Origin: Antedon mediterranea
Taxonomy: Eukaryota; Animalia; Echinodermata
Assembly (NCBI RefSeq): GCF_964355755.1
Contig: NC_092677.1
Location: forward strand, 22,369,175-22,433,174
Direction: 5' to 3'
DNA: 64,000 nucleotides
Shown here: piece after piece, positions 35,448-48,800 of the stretch
Numbering within the stretch: the stretch's first letter is position 1
How the letters are laid out: each line of letters opens with the position of its first letter
Program-made: the position numbers and the translations under genes
Notes under the pieces: generated by a model
What the model was told of the DNA's origin: nothing
What the model saw: the letters and a program-made list of their open reading frames with translations, nothing else
Database searches by the model: none

Positions 35448-36687
35448 CTAGAGGGTGAGCTTGCTTCGCTCACTCCCCCTCTAGGAAGTGTAGACGATGG
35501 TTCTCGGAATGATAAAAATGTTATCGATTGGTTGTCTGGCATACCAACCAGCCAATCGTTTTGGGGTTTGGGTTTATATTTGGTCTATGACCTAAATATC
35601 ATTTATGGCAGAAAAAATTTTTCAAATCCCGTACTTGCACCGGCTCCAGATTTATTTACTCGGTCTTTCGCCGCTTTAATACGACGACCCCTTCAATTTC
35701 GTTTGGATATTAAATCCTTCTTTATGAGGATGGCCCGTCTGCTAACGTGTCCGCGTCGTTGAACACAGACATCTTGTTGCCGGTGCTTTTACGCCAGTTT
35801 TTCACTTCCAACCGAACTCTGAACTCAGGGCTTCCCCACAATGAAATAAGGTATTTTACTTCGGTTTCTCGCCAATGCGCACGCTTCGATGACATTTTAA
35901 ATTAATTAATATAATAATATTAATAATAATAATACTGTATAGTGTAACAACAAAAGGTATGATTTTTTCGCACGTTCACCGATCACAACAAATGGATCAG
36001 CTTGGCTATACGATGAGGAGCACATGTCACGATGTGATGTGGCGAATATTGTAATTTGATTGGCTAGATATCTAACCTAGGTCATATTCATCGATGCGTG
36101 ACTTTCGTATTGTAAGCGACGTCCACTAAACTCATACCTTGAGCTTTCGTAGCGTACGAAATATCAGTGTCGTACGAGGTGGCTTCCACTAATCTTTTCC
36201 TGGTTCAGACCTATGGATTTGTACGCCGCGTACAATACGAAAGCATAACTCCGTAGGTCTGAACAGGCCCTTAAGCTCCAGTCCTACTGGAGCTTCCAAG
36301 ATACACAGGTATTGATTGATGGAAAGTGCCTGTTTCCAGTCACCTTTAGGGTCAAATCTATTATTTTAACTGCTCCCTTGTATATAAAAGAGAGAAAATA
36401 GTTGAAACCAGGTTGTTGCAAGGTGAACCCGGAAATTACTTTGACCCGAAGAATTGAAATTGAGTTGAAAATCTACTGTTGAAATCATAAATTTTGTTAA
36501 ACTCTTTATAATATCTTCCTAAGATAGAAATATGGAAAAATAGCGTCGATGTGAAAACTAATGTTATCAAATCTACGTTTCGCGGTATATCTGTGATAGA
36601 TAAGGTAGGTATCCAAGGCGGAGATTTGTACCGAAGTTTTTGCATTGTGCTCGCCTATGTCAGAATTAACCATAATTTATATATAGA
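35448..36687 (-). mobile_element. Helitron-like non-autonomous element containing a Harbinger end and a Myb/SANT-like gene remnant
   Basis: Minus strand A|TCTATATATAAA 5' end at 36687, and gtgagcgaagcaagctcac hairpin plus CTAG|T 3' end at 35448; no TSD. Internal MSSKRAHWRETEVKYLISLWGS... from 35895 and gtctgaacaggccc|tta at 36270. Confidence 0.6.
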
Positions 36688-37530
36688 TTATTACCTTAAT
36701 AATAATTTGTTATTAACAATTATAGGGTAAGGGGGTAACATTTTTTCTAATAACTTTGTATTTGCATTTTTTTGTATTAATATGTACTGTGTAGGTTGCC
36801 TAATTGTTATATTCATGTTGACAAAATAAAACGTAACATATTGACATCATTGTAAGTCAAAGGGTCATTGAACATTAACAAAAAATACAATTTCGTCCAA
36901 ATTTAACATTAATAAAGTTTCTGATATTAATGGTAACCTTGATCAAAATGGGGAAAACTTACAACCACCTGTCGACTATGTCAAGATACATGGCACATAC
37001 TTGCGATATGAAAACATAGAGATACCCAGTTCTTTCAAACGTATGTGGAAGCTCCACCGGTCTCTGAGGCTGTAGTGTAAATTTCCTAGAAAGTGTGAAT
37101 TGCTAAACTGCAGCTAATATGAAAATCTAAAAAATTGACATATTAATGAGTTTCAATAAACTAACTGTTTTCTTTAAATCGAGATGAAGGAAAATGTTAT
37201 TGTCCTGTAATATTACAATACCGTAACAGTTTTGTTTTAAAAACAAGCATGAATGGTACCATCTTCGAGACATGATATGGCTGCATCCGGTTTAAAATTA
37301 AAAAATCTGGCTCTATAGCTTTGAGGACATGTCCCTTTAGTATACTCATACCGAATAAGGGAGGAGTAGTACTTTATAAATCGCACTTTTTACTCAGTAG
37401 TGTCCGGATGGAAGAAGCAGAAGAGGAAAAGATGAGAGTCCTAGACTTGGGTACCCCGAGTAATAAAACGAGATATACTGTATATCATATTACGTATACA
37501 GTATATTTCACCATATAGTTTAAGAAAAAT

Positions 37531-37602
37531 AGGTTTCGCCAGGGCTCGAACCGGGGACCTCTGCGTGTTAAGCAGACTTGATAACCACTACACTACGAAA
37601 CC
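37531..37602 (-). pseudogene. tRNA-Val(AAC) pseudogene, best preserved copy; partial fourth copy at 37798-37830
   Basis: GGTTTCGTAGTGTAGTGGTTATCAAGTCTGCTTAACACGCAGAGGTCCCCGGTTCGAGCCCTGGCGAAACC. Perfect acceptor and anticodon stems; D- and T-stem mismatches; variable loop 1 nt shorter. Confidence 0.75.
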
Positions 37603-37973
37603 TCTTACACCACGAATGTGGGTTACACAAAGTTTTTTAATCCATTTAAATTACAAATAAATATGGTAATAAGAACAAAGCAAAATAAACATGTGTAAAA
37701 GTGATAATTACCGATTACACAAAATAAGTATTTAAAAAAAATAATAAAATAAGATATACTGTATACAGTACTTTTCACCATAAACTAAAAAAAAAAAAGG
37801 TTTCGCCCGGGCTTGAACCGGGGACCTTCGACGCTACAGCAGTTTCACACCACTCTGTTATATGTTTGATTTCGCACCTTATTTTTTTTCTCACACTTAC
37901 ATCATACACTTTTGGGCCATTATGTAACATGTTCACATGGTTTAGTCACCGTTAAATTACCTTGTTCACAATA

Positions 37974-38675
37974 AACAAGGCCATATAGATGGCTGCAGTC
38001 GCGTGCTTAGTGTTTACCGACCGACCAACCTACCAACTGACCGAAATTACTGAACATGTTTAAAAATGTTGAAATGTTTAAAAACAGTTATATTTTTTTA
38101 ATTTACACGTGCGTAGCCTGTCACTTTTGACGTGCTCGTATAACGTAATTTCGAGTTGAAAAGTAAGTAAAAAAAACCAGAAATCTGGCAAAAAGAGTGC
38201 GCAATAACATTTAACGTGCAGTGCGCGCGCAAAAATCTGCGCACTCATGGCAATTTTGTAAACGCTTAAAATTGCCTGAAACATACTCTTATTTCATCGA
38301 AAATAAATTTTGAAAATTTTAAGCGCGCGTTACATGCGCTACGCACATAATTGTATTGCCATATGATGATTTATGCCCTGAAATTTATGAGTACCAAATT
38401 TTATTTAATTGTGATTAATGGTTGTGAAGATATGATTACAAACGTGATTTCGTTAAATCGTGCGTAGACCGCGTAATTTTTTATTGCGCACCGTGAAAAC
38501 ATAACCACATCGATTCCTGGCCATAAGGAATATACTGTGAAAAATTGACCTAGCTAGATTAAACTGATATCAAGATAAGGTCAGAAAGCTATAAAACGCA
38601 TAGTGATACCGGACCGACAGACCGACTGACCGACCGACATAGTGAACTATAGAGTCGCTTCCACGCGACTAAAAA
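37974..38675 (+). mobile_element. DINE-1/HINE-like Helentron-associated element
   Basis: aacaag start, agtcgcgtg subterminal repeat, (gacc)n microsatellites, 3' hairpin agtcgcttccacgcgact followed by AAAAA. Confidence 0.7.
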
Positions 38676-41341
38676 TGCCTTTTAAAACAGCTCGTTTTCC
38701 TTGAATACTTCTTTCCAACTGGGGCCATTTTAGAATCAGAAATTTGCCAGAAATCAATGTATGTTTTATTTTCGGTTTTTATTAAAAAAATAGAGTGGTT
38801 TTATAAAGAACTAACTGTACATCAAAACAGCGACGATGTGAGTTTGTACATATAACATTTTGTTTTTAAAAACAATGCTGTTCACAGTTTAAAAAATCAT
38901 AAATCATATTTCAATATGTAAAACACATATCTAAAATCGTCTATCATCATAGCAAGTATTGGTCTTATGGTAGCTCTCTCACTGTATTAAAAAATAGAAA
39001 ATGATTTGTTTTTTTTTTAGTGTGAATGTATTGATTAGTGACCGAGATAATTTTCTTTGATAGGCCCTATTAATATGGCGCAAGTTTTGAATAATAATAT
39101 AATAAAATATTAATTTAACCTCTATTACACCAGCTGAAAAAAAGTTCTTGCCTTTCAAAACTAAAAAAAATATATATTTCGTATAAATGTGTAATCGGAT
39201 TTTATAACACTGCCCTCTATTTTCTACATTTTCTGGGGAAAAAAAGGCATACATTCTGGCAATTAATTGTAAATATAAGATGGCGAACATTGCATAGTGT
39301 GTTAACAGCGAGTTCAGTATCATTTAAAATGTTTTGAAAAGTATATTGTTGTTTAAGAAAAATTACTTTGTAAGTGGTCGAATCGTGTAGACATGATAAC
39401 CAATGAAGCCGCATATAACAACATAATGCTGTGGTGTGTGTCACATTGTGGCTTCTTAATTAAACAAATTGATTAACAAAAAAGCACAAATGTGCGATAC
39501 TCGGTTACAGCAGCGAAAGAAACTGTAATGACGTCATAAGACCGGATGTAACGTCACATACACATCAATAACGTCGCTACCAAATACGGCTATACGGTAC
39601 CATCTTCGAGACGTGATATGTCTGCATCCAGTTTAAAATTTAAAAATTCGTCTCTATAGCTTTGAGGACATGTCCCTGTAGTATATTCATGCCAAATCCC
39701 AGCTCAATACTACGAATAAGGGAGGTAGTCCAGTAAAAATATGGTTGAACCTAGAACAAATTGCAACAGATTTTTAAATCTGTAAATGACGATTTAAAAT
39801 CTTCAAATCAACAGTTTTTTTCTGGCAATACCGTAGTTAGCCTGGCAACGTTGTCCGGGATACAGCACCGTGTGCAATGATGCATATCCATATTTTCCGT
39901 TCGTGTATTTTGTATATCGTTCGTAATTTATACTGCTAGTTTCTTTAGTTTTTAGTTTAGCAGAATTAAATTAGTAATATGAGATGATAATTTATTTGTC
40001 ACGAATCAGGCAGTTCGAAAACGAATTTTATTCATATTTTACAATAGCAGCAAGTTGTTGATATCGCCCTTGGATGCACATGAAACGGAGCCTCGCATGT
40101 GGGTGGTGGATTGACTCCGCCTAGCCTAGCTAGGCCTAGTAAAGGTTTGGGAGGTAGGCCTTCTAAATTCGGGGTTTTAGAACAAACAAAGTACATTTTA
40201 GGGACCTATATTTCAACAACATTAGATTTTGAATAAATTAGTATTAGTGTCAACGCTTTGCGTATCTTTCCAGGCCGTCGATCATTCACTGACTATCGGG
40301 CGGCATACACGCTCTCGATATCGTCGTGTGTATATGTGACGTCGTAAATATAGAGGCTCCCGACGGCCGTTGAAATAGAATATTGCAATGGCGTGAGTAA
40401 ATTTCGCTAATTTACGAAGGTATCTTAAAATTTCGTTTTTTCTCAAAATACTATACATTTTGTTTTTATTCGTATGGGCTTGTGTTAATTTGATACATTT
40501 AAATAACATGTGTGAATTTCTTGAAAATCGAAAGTTATAGATGTGATATTAAACATTCTAATTAGCATATTTAAATTCCCATATGACGTCATATATTGTG
40601 TTAACTGAACTGAACATCATTTCCAAAGTTTACCAAAATCGGGCACCAGGAAGTGGTCTTCATCTTTTTAAATAAAAAAATATTGTAACGAGGCCATTGT
40701 CTGTGGGTCTATACGATATATGATATGGCTTCAAATGAGTCAAATGAGTCACAGTAGTGTACAGTATGATATTCAAGTAAGATGATTATGAAATACACAA
40801 AATCCTGACTGAACACTCGTGGGAAGACGCACTGCTTATCAGTACATTAACATGCGGTCAGTTGACTGTGGTTTTTGGCGTCTTTTATCTAAGCCGCCAT
40901 CGCGGGCATCTCATACACAATTGTGACGCTGTGCTGTGCGTGTGAGGCCACCTTAAAAAATACACTCCTACTAATCGTATGTAACGCGCTAGCGATCAGC
41001 AAAACGAACGTACTTTCGTGGCTGGCTGTCGCTCCAATACTCAATCTTTCACAGGCCCGTAACCAGGGGGATCGTACCCCCGCTGAACAGCGAGTTCCGC
41101 TTGTCCTCCCACTTTTTTTTTGCTGGGCATACTAACACAACACTACGATTGTTTACTACAGGCCTAGTCAAGCCTTAATAAATTTAATTAATATAAATCG
41201 ACATAAGAATATAAAGTATATTTTAACTAAAATATAAAAACCTAACACTAAATTTACAAGATAAATTCTATTTGATAACTGCTGAACATCGTGGTTCTGG
41301 AGCTAGCCGTACACAGAGCATAGTTGTTTTTCTTGACATAA

Positions 41342-44300
41342 GGGCAATTTCACAGTACCCTAGGCCGTCAGTAATAACTGAGAAATAAGCAAATAGCTCT
41401 TCATCAGGTTGTATTTGTCTGATTTAGTTTGTAATTTTTGATAAAGCACATGATGGGCAAACTACAAAAAAATTTTTATTAAGCTAAAATGAAAACTTTT
41501 GTTACAGCGGCCAAAAATGTCATGTTTTTAGACAAAATTGAGTGTCTCATTGCAAAAAATCATTTTTATGAAATGCAGTGTTGTTGTTTGTATGTATATA
41601 TATTTATATGAATTATGTACATTTAAATTGGTTGATCTACCCCCAAACGTATAAGGTATAAACAATGAGTGTGAAATGTATACATGTTTAACTTTTTTGT
41701 TGTTTTCATTATTGTAATTCTGTCCGTCCAAAATGTCCACTCCGACACGTTGGCTTATATCCAGAGCAAATAAGTAAGCAAGTCTACTGTTTTTCATCTA
41801 TATACAACACTAATAAGATTAACCATACATTAAAACTTAAATAATATATTTAACTGACAATTTGGCTGAATGCTGGGGAATCGAAATCTGTCCGTCCAAA
41901 AAAATGTCCACTCCGACACCTCATAAACTAGCATTAATTTTTATGTTAATAATATAAAAAGTTGAATATTCATAGCAAAAATTATAAGCTGACATACTAC
42001 AATTAATATAATGTACATATAATGTTTCTAAACCCAAGTAATTCACTGTAATGCACTCTAATATGGTGTTCACATAATGTCCACTCCGACACACATATTT
42101 TATCAAAGTAAAATGGCTGATTTTTTAACAACTATGAGACAATGTTATTGTTATTTTATTTATATCTGTTTGTGTCATTGATATTTAAGTGAAAATAATC
42201 TTGTTTAACTGTGTTTTTAGTATTACTAACGAGCCACCGGCACCTGCTTCGAGGCGGTATTTTAGTCTCTCAGAAAATAATTTTAAACTAGTTGAAGCCA
42301 CCATGGCAAAAGTTATGAATTCCTAATAATACTGGTTGTTATAGGTGATCAATTTAAGTATTTAATGCAAAACGTTTTAACGACATCTTTTTATTTAAAG
42401 TAGGTACTGGTACCAAATATGACCACAGTAAACTTTATAATTGCCAACTGATGGTTTTATGGTGTTTGGCTATGATAATACCATTATTTTTTATATATTG
42501 GATAAAACATTTGTTAAAATTCTCTGACAAATTCAATTTTGATTTACTCAGATGATGTTTTGGACATGGTCATGAGTGTTATGGTTGTACATTTTTGTGA
42601 CATGTACTATTATGCATAAAATAGCAAATTGAATTCATTGAACGTGCTTAATATTAACAAGTTTTTTAATTATTTATACTGTTTATTCATGTCCAAAAAT
42701 GTCCACTCCGACACAAATTAACAATCCTTGTTAAAACTAAAAGACAGTTTTTATCATACTAAAGCTTAAAAAGTACAAAATGTTATAAACACTGTACACT
42801 TTAGAAGTGCCAACTGGTTGGTTTTAATGTGTTTATGGAATAGTAAGACCATTATTTTTTTCATTTGGATAAAATGTTTGTTAAATTCTCTGACAAATTT
42901 AATTTTGTCTTACTCAGATGATGTTTTAGGCGTGGTCATGAGTGTTATAGTTGTACATTTTTGTTTTGTGTCAATTGGTATCATGTACTTATGGGCAATT
43001 CCATGCAAACAGGGACATGACCAAAAAAATTCAAATTAATTAGTCAGCTCAAAATTTGTGTTTATGTTACTCTTTGAATATGTGGGAACTAGGTTTTTAA
43101 CTTTTTCAATTCATTTATGACTTTTTGCAGCCAAAAAATTACGTTTATTCAATGTTGAATATATATTTTTTTTTAGGTGTGAAAAATAGGTAATTACGTT
43201 AACTGATTATTATTTTCCCAACAAAGCAATATTTATAAAGTAACATGTCTAAGTAATACGGTAGTACACTTAAGATATATGGAAAATATGATATAACTAC
43301 AAATGTTGAATATCCCATATAGGAGTGCTGTGTATATTCTGTTATATATTAGGGTATGTAATGCGAGTGACAAAAAAAATGATGATTTTTTTTTATACCA
43401 TCATGATGATAATTTTTTTTAATGAAATTTTATAATTTAGCTATACTACTTTGAACAATTAAAATTTGACAAATAAAAATAAAAAATCCTCGTAAATACA
43501 AAATTGTTGAGACATTGAAAAGTGAAATGCGAGTGACATGTAATGCGAGTGACGTTAAAAAATGGACAATGTAATGCGAGTGACATTACTAAACTCTTTT
43601 TTTTGTAAAGTAAAATAGTAATTAATCTATCATTAGTTATGAATTAGTCCCAGAATTAGTATATACATTAATTTCATAATACAATGTGTGATTTGGCCCT
43701 TATTTGGAGGCACTACAGTATAATAATTATAGCATTAGGTTTGTTGAGGGCACAATCCCTAGCAACGACCTTTTTGCAGTTAAATCATTTGAAAAATCAA
43801 ATCATTATAAGAGCTCATTAAATAAAAAACACTAAATCTGGTGAGATTTAACAAATTTGGTACAATCTTTTGTGAAGATAAGAAGGTAAGAATAAGTTTA
43901 CATTTATATTTAATCACAATTTTTAAGTTTTTTTTTCTTATATTGTTAGTGTTAATTATTTCAAATTCTATAATTTGAAAACACCGCATAGGCCTAAGGC
44001 TATAATAATTTATTTATATATTATTATTTATATATTATTATTTACTAGGCATATTTTAAACCACCAGGTCTAAAGCATTGTAGTTTTAAAAACAAAATAT
44101 ATAATTGTTTATTATTTAAAAATAATTTTAAATTATCATTCACATTTGCATCCTGCCTTTAGAAATGGCCGAACGACAGAGAAAGTACCTAGAAAAACTG
44201 AAAGCCGAGGGAAAATACACCTCATACAGAAACAAACAAAATGAAATTTCGAAAAGAAGTAAAAAAGTAAAAGAAAAGAGAAAATTCTAGCTCTGCCACC

Positions 44301-45811
44301 AGCTTTGAAGAAGCAGAAGATTGATGCTCTTAAAGTTGCTAATAGAAAACGTGTGGCTATTAGTTCAGAGCAAAGAAGGCTGCTTTGGCATCAGACGGGC
44401 CATCACCTTTTCGAAGTGCTATGGCTTTTGCTAAAGCCACTACCAGGGCAAAAAGAATGCTTGATGCTGGTTTGCGAAGAACTTTGAGTTCCATAATTTG
44501 TAAAATGGCTGTTTGAATTTTCTATTTTCATTTTTAGTGACCGTATAAGTGTTCGGTTACTGTGTTTGTAAAAAATCAAGATATTCTGTTAGTGTTAACA
44601 ATAGATGATGTCCTTTAGAACTTCATCCAAATGAGTTGAAATAAAAGTTTTTACTTGAAAATTGATATAACATTCTTTGAGTGGTTTAATGTTGCATTAT
44701 TTAATTATTGTCTACTTTTCTTTCTGCTTTGCTTAGTAAATACTAAGTTCATTTCTTACGGTAATGCGAGTGACAGTAATGCGAGTGACGGGACTTTTTT
44801 GTTAAAATGTAAAATATTTTTAAAATCTATGTAATGTTGAATTTTTTTATTATCCTATTTTATACTTTAAAAGTACAGCAATTAAAAATATAAGATCTTT
44901 TGATTCATATATTTTTAGTTTAAGGACACGTTCTTATCAAATCTAATCAAATTTTTGTTGTGTCCTTTTTGTGTAATGCGTGTGACAGAATTTCGCAATG
45001 GCGTCATTGTCGAAGTAAAAGACATACAATTTTTTTTATAGTATTTTATTAAAGACTTGCACCTAAAGTATGTTCATATAAAACATTGACTTAAAAATCC
45101 AATTAGTATAGAAAGTACAAAGCTTAGACTAACAAAAATGACTGTAATGTGTAATGCGAGTGACCATGGAATTGCCCTTATGCATAAAATAGCAAATTTA
45201 ATTCATGCTTAATATAATAACAAATTTTTTATTTATTTATACTGTTATTCATGTCCTAAAATGTCCACTCCGACACAAATGAACAATCCTTGTTAAACGA
45301 CAGTTTTTATCATGGTAAAGCTTAAAAAGTACAAATGTTAACACAGTAAGCTGTAGAAGTGGCAATTAGTTGGTTTTATTGTATTTGTAGCTATATAATA
45401 CAACACATTTTTTATTCGAGTCTAATGTTTGCTAATTATTCAACATTTATTGTTAAAATTCTCAGAGAAATTCAATTTTTCCACTCATATGATGTTTATA
45501 TAAAGCGCAAGTATATTTTTTATATTGATACTCTGTACTAGTAATTAAATATTAGCCAAATAAGCAGTGGGTTTTGTGTTATGATAAAAAATATTGAGAT
45601 GTTGATTTCCAAATTTTTCCATAAAATTCTTCCAGTTACTAAATTCCTACTATTACTGTGAAAATGTCCGGATAGTTGTAGCTTTATAATATTATTTTTT
45701 ATTATATATAAACCTGTATGTTTCAAAATTAATTGAAAAATATGTAAAAAAAGGACTTTGAATTTTTGACCCTGTGAGACACTTGCGGCCTAGGTTACTG
45801 TGAAATTGCCC
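41342..45811. mobile_element. Sola2-like non-autonomous element 1, 4-bp TSD
   Basis: ataa|gggcaatttcacagta.cctaggccg ... cggcctagg.tactgtgaaattgccc|ataa; five aatgtccactccgacac internal repeats. Confidence 0.75.
42993..45177 (+). mobile_element. Sola2-like element 2 with transposase N-terminal remnant, 4-bp TSD
   Basis: ttat|gggcaattccatg ... catggaattgccc|ttat, with about eight aatgcgagtgac repeats. Empty site in the sister repeat at 42601-42630. 44165-44480 gives frameshifted MAERQRKYLEKLK...SPFRSAMAFAKATTRAKRML. Confidence 0.75.
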
Positions 45812-48800
45812 ATAAAAGGGTATTCCCCTACACAGGTCTCTGCTGTGACTCACTTGCCTAGCCAGCTGCTTGATAGTATAGAGAAAGCATGCAGCTCACA
45901 CAAGTGCAAGATGCAATGGTTGAGTGAATTCAGGGATCATCTTAATTCCATGGTTTGTTACCTAAACACCACATGATGGTGAATATGCCTGTTAAAGTCT
46001 CAATGATACGATCCCTTAATGTACCATGTTGTTGCTAGGAGGCTTAAGGGGAGGGATCTAGCCTAGTTTCGTCCGTCCTCTGACAATTTAAGGTCGGCAA
46101 TTGAAATTCGTGGGCTGGAAATTACACCAAATTATATAGTTCATAAACAAAAGAGATTAGCCGGAAATGCGATTTGCGGCCATACATAGCCCTATAGAGA
46201 AAAAAAAATTTGAGGGTATGGTTACACTAAACAACTTAACGATCCACCCCGCCGTCAAAACCTGGTTACGGCGCTGTTTCAGTCTTCTAACCGGAAAAAT
46301 TACTACCTTTGCCAGGTGCGGATCCGATGTTAGATTGGGTTTTCACATGTTCAAATGTCACCTGTGTTTTTAACGGTGGAAAATGTACGATCATTTTGCT
46401 GATTGCTGTGCAATAAATGGGAGTGTTATTTCCAGGCCAACTACTACTAGCCTAGTTGGAGGCGCCATTTATCATGAATTTTATGTGCGGGAGTACCATT
46501 TCCCACCATGGGGGGGCTGTGGCTCAAGTACTTGGTGTCTGGAAGGATCAGCCCCTCTTTGCCCCCCCTGACAAGACCCCCTTGTTACGCGGCTGAGGGG
46601 TTGTTAAGGTTTGTTATAAAGTAATAGTAAAGTAATCAAACTTGCCACTACTAATTACAGTATTTAATTTTTCGACAACAAGCAGTATTCAACTTCTTTG
46701 ACAGAAAATGTCAGAAAAATGGAATACAAACTTTGAATGCAAATGGGAGAACTATTAAATCTTTTACTTTGCCTTCATTAATAAATAAAAATTGCGTTTT
46801 AAGACAAAAGAAGCAAACAGTAGTGGAATAATCGGTAGTTAAAGAAAACATCTTAAAGAGCAAATTTGCAACATTTTTGTAACGCTCTGCACTTGCAAAG
46901 AAAGAGAGGGGTGAATTACATTCAGTCCAAAATTAACATGCTGTGCCTACATGTATGGTGGAAGTATTTTGACGGCACCAACTATTACATTTTCTGTATG
47001 CACTTTGGATAGGAAACTCTGATCCAACTCCATATTTAGGATGGGGTCGAATTATTAAACCCCAGACTCATTACAGACTTAAGAATCTCTAAATATATAT
47101 GAGATTGCAGTTATAAATAGATGCAGTTGCAGAAAATTAACTGGAATGTTCTAGTGCATGTTGTGTGTGAAGGGTGTTCGAATAAGATACCCATGATCTT
47201 AACCTGGATGTGTTAAATGTTCTACTACTACTTTCCTACGATTTTTATATTTTTCCCTTAGAATATAAAGTTTAATATCACATTTATATCTACTCGCAAT
47301 GCACTTAAAATCAACCGTTAAGGAGATACAGAGCTTCAAAATGGTAAAGTAAATAGTGGCCATTTTTAATTTATGCAAATTAACCCACTTCCTGGTGTCC
47401 GATTTTGATAAACTTTGGAAATGATGTTAATTTAAACAAGGAGAATGTTAAGAAACTTTTTTTCCTACAGTTCCTAAATTGTTCACATAGTATAATGTCA
47501 TTTTAGCAGATATATGATGTCAAAACTACAGTACCATATGACGTCACAACTAACATATGACGTCATAGGTACGTCTATGTGAATTTAAATATGCTAATTA
47601 GAATGTTTAATATCACATTTATATCTACTCGTAATGCACTTAGGTGGTCTAAATCCAACCGTTGAGGAGATATGGGGCGTTAAAATAGCAAATGGCGGCT
47701 ATTTTGGATTTATGCTAATTAACCCACTTCCCGATGTCCGATTTTGGTAAACTTTGGATATGATGTTTATTTGAACCATATTTACCAGACAACAATTTGT
47801 TCTAGGTTCACCCTATTTTTTACTTATCTTTACTGGACTAAGGAGTAGTACTTTATAAATCGCACCTTTTACTCAATAGTGTCCAGAGGGAGGAGGAGGA
47901 GGAGAAAATGAGTGAGTCTATAGACTCGGGTACCCCGAGTAAAAAATGCAAATATGATCACTAAATACAAAGTTATTAGGGATAATGTAACCCCTTGCCA
48001 TATAATTGTTAATAGTAAATTAATATTAACAGACATAATGTCCTCATAAATTCACAGAATATTTGTTTAACTTTAATTTTCTTGTTCACTGTGTCTATAG
48101 GTTTGGGAAAACATTAACATAAGATCTCATATATTTTTATGTTTAAAATTGAAATCTTTTTTTTTTATTAAAGATTGTTGACCTTTGACCTCTAAAAGAC
48201 ATCAATAGATGTTGGATTCATTTTTTTAAAAGCATATTAACTTCAATTTTCTTGTTTATTGGGTCTATATGTTCATGAAAACATAAGTTTGCATAACATC
48301 TATTGTATTTTTTGTGTTAAAAACTGAAAGTTATAAGTTAGTATTAGAAAAAAAATCATTTTTTATTAAAGTTCAATGACCTTCTGACATTTAATGGCAT
48401 CAATAATTGTTGGATTTACTTTAAAAAATATATTACACCTAAGCAGTCTATACACTACAAACATGATACCAAGAAAATGCAAATCTTTTCATTAAATTAT
48501 TAGCAAAAGTGTTACCCCTACCCCAAAATGTTGTGTTGCATATTTTCCGTAGGCGGCGTTTAATAATCCTCAAAAATGACTATTAAGCTGTACAATTGAC
48601 ATTGCTATCATGGATTTCTGAAAAGTAGACATAAAAAGCTTTACCAAAAATGTATGCTAGCATTTGCCACCAATTTGATACTTTCGCAAAAACACTGGAC
48701 CTGACTAATCATTTATGCTTGTTAATACCGAATCTAACAAATTGATGGTGTTGTGAAATAAGGTGACAAATGTTTCACAGAAGGCCTGCTATGAAAGGAA

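Larger units (their letters stand above)
37242..39725 (+). mobile_element. Second copy of the HINE plus tRNA-Val composite (continues at 47841-47945), interrupted by younger insertions
   Basis: 37250-37830 matches about 3740-4325; 39390-39725 matches about 4340-4660; the remainder resumes at 47841. Confidence 0.75.
41052..46276. mobile_element. hAT-like element with 5-bp TSD (hAT5-type)
   Basis: tttca|caggcccgtaaccagg ... cctggttacggcgctg|tttca. Removing it restores the sequence of copy A at 30301-30335. Confidence 0.75.
39726..47840. mobile_element. Academ-like element B, 3-bp TSD, inserted into a HINE unit
   Basis: agg|TAGTCCAGTAAA...tgaacctagaacaaattg ... caatttgttctaggttca...TTTACTGGACTA|agg. 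Removing it restores aataagggaggagtagtactt, as seen in the other HINE copies. Confidence 0.8.
33685..48707. mobile_element. Academ-like element A with long TIRs and 3-bp TSD; outermost layer of a 15-kb nest
   Basis: atc|TAGT...gtatcaaattggtggcaaatgcta... and the mirror arm at 47945-48707 ending ...ACTA|atc. The arms match over several hundred bp. Confidence 0.7.

Noticed and set aside
41730-45275. Spaced short repeats (aatgtccactccgacac, gtaatgcgagtgac) resembling a CRISPR array
   Set aside because: Irregular spacing, eukaryotic context and no cas genes; they are internal repeats of TIR elements.
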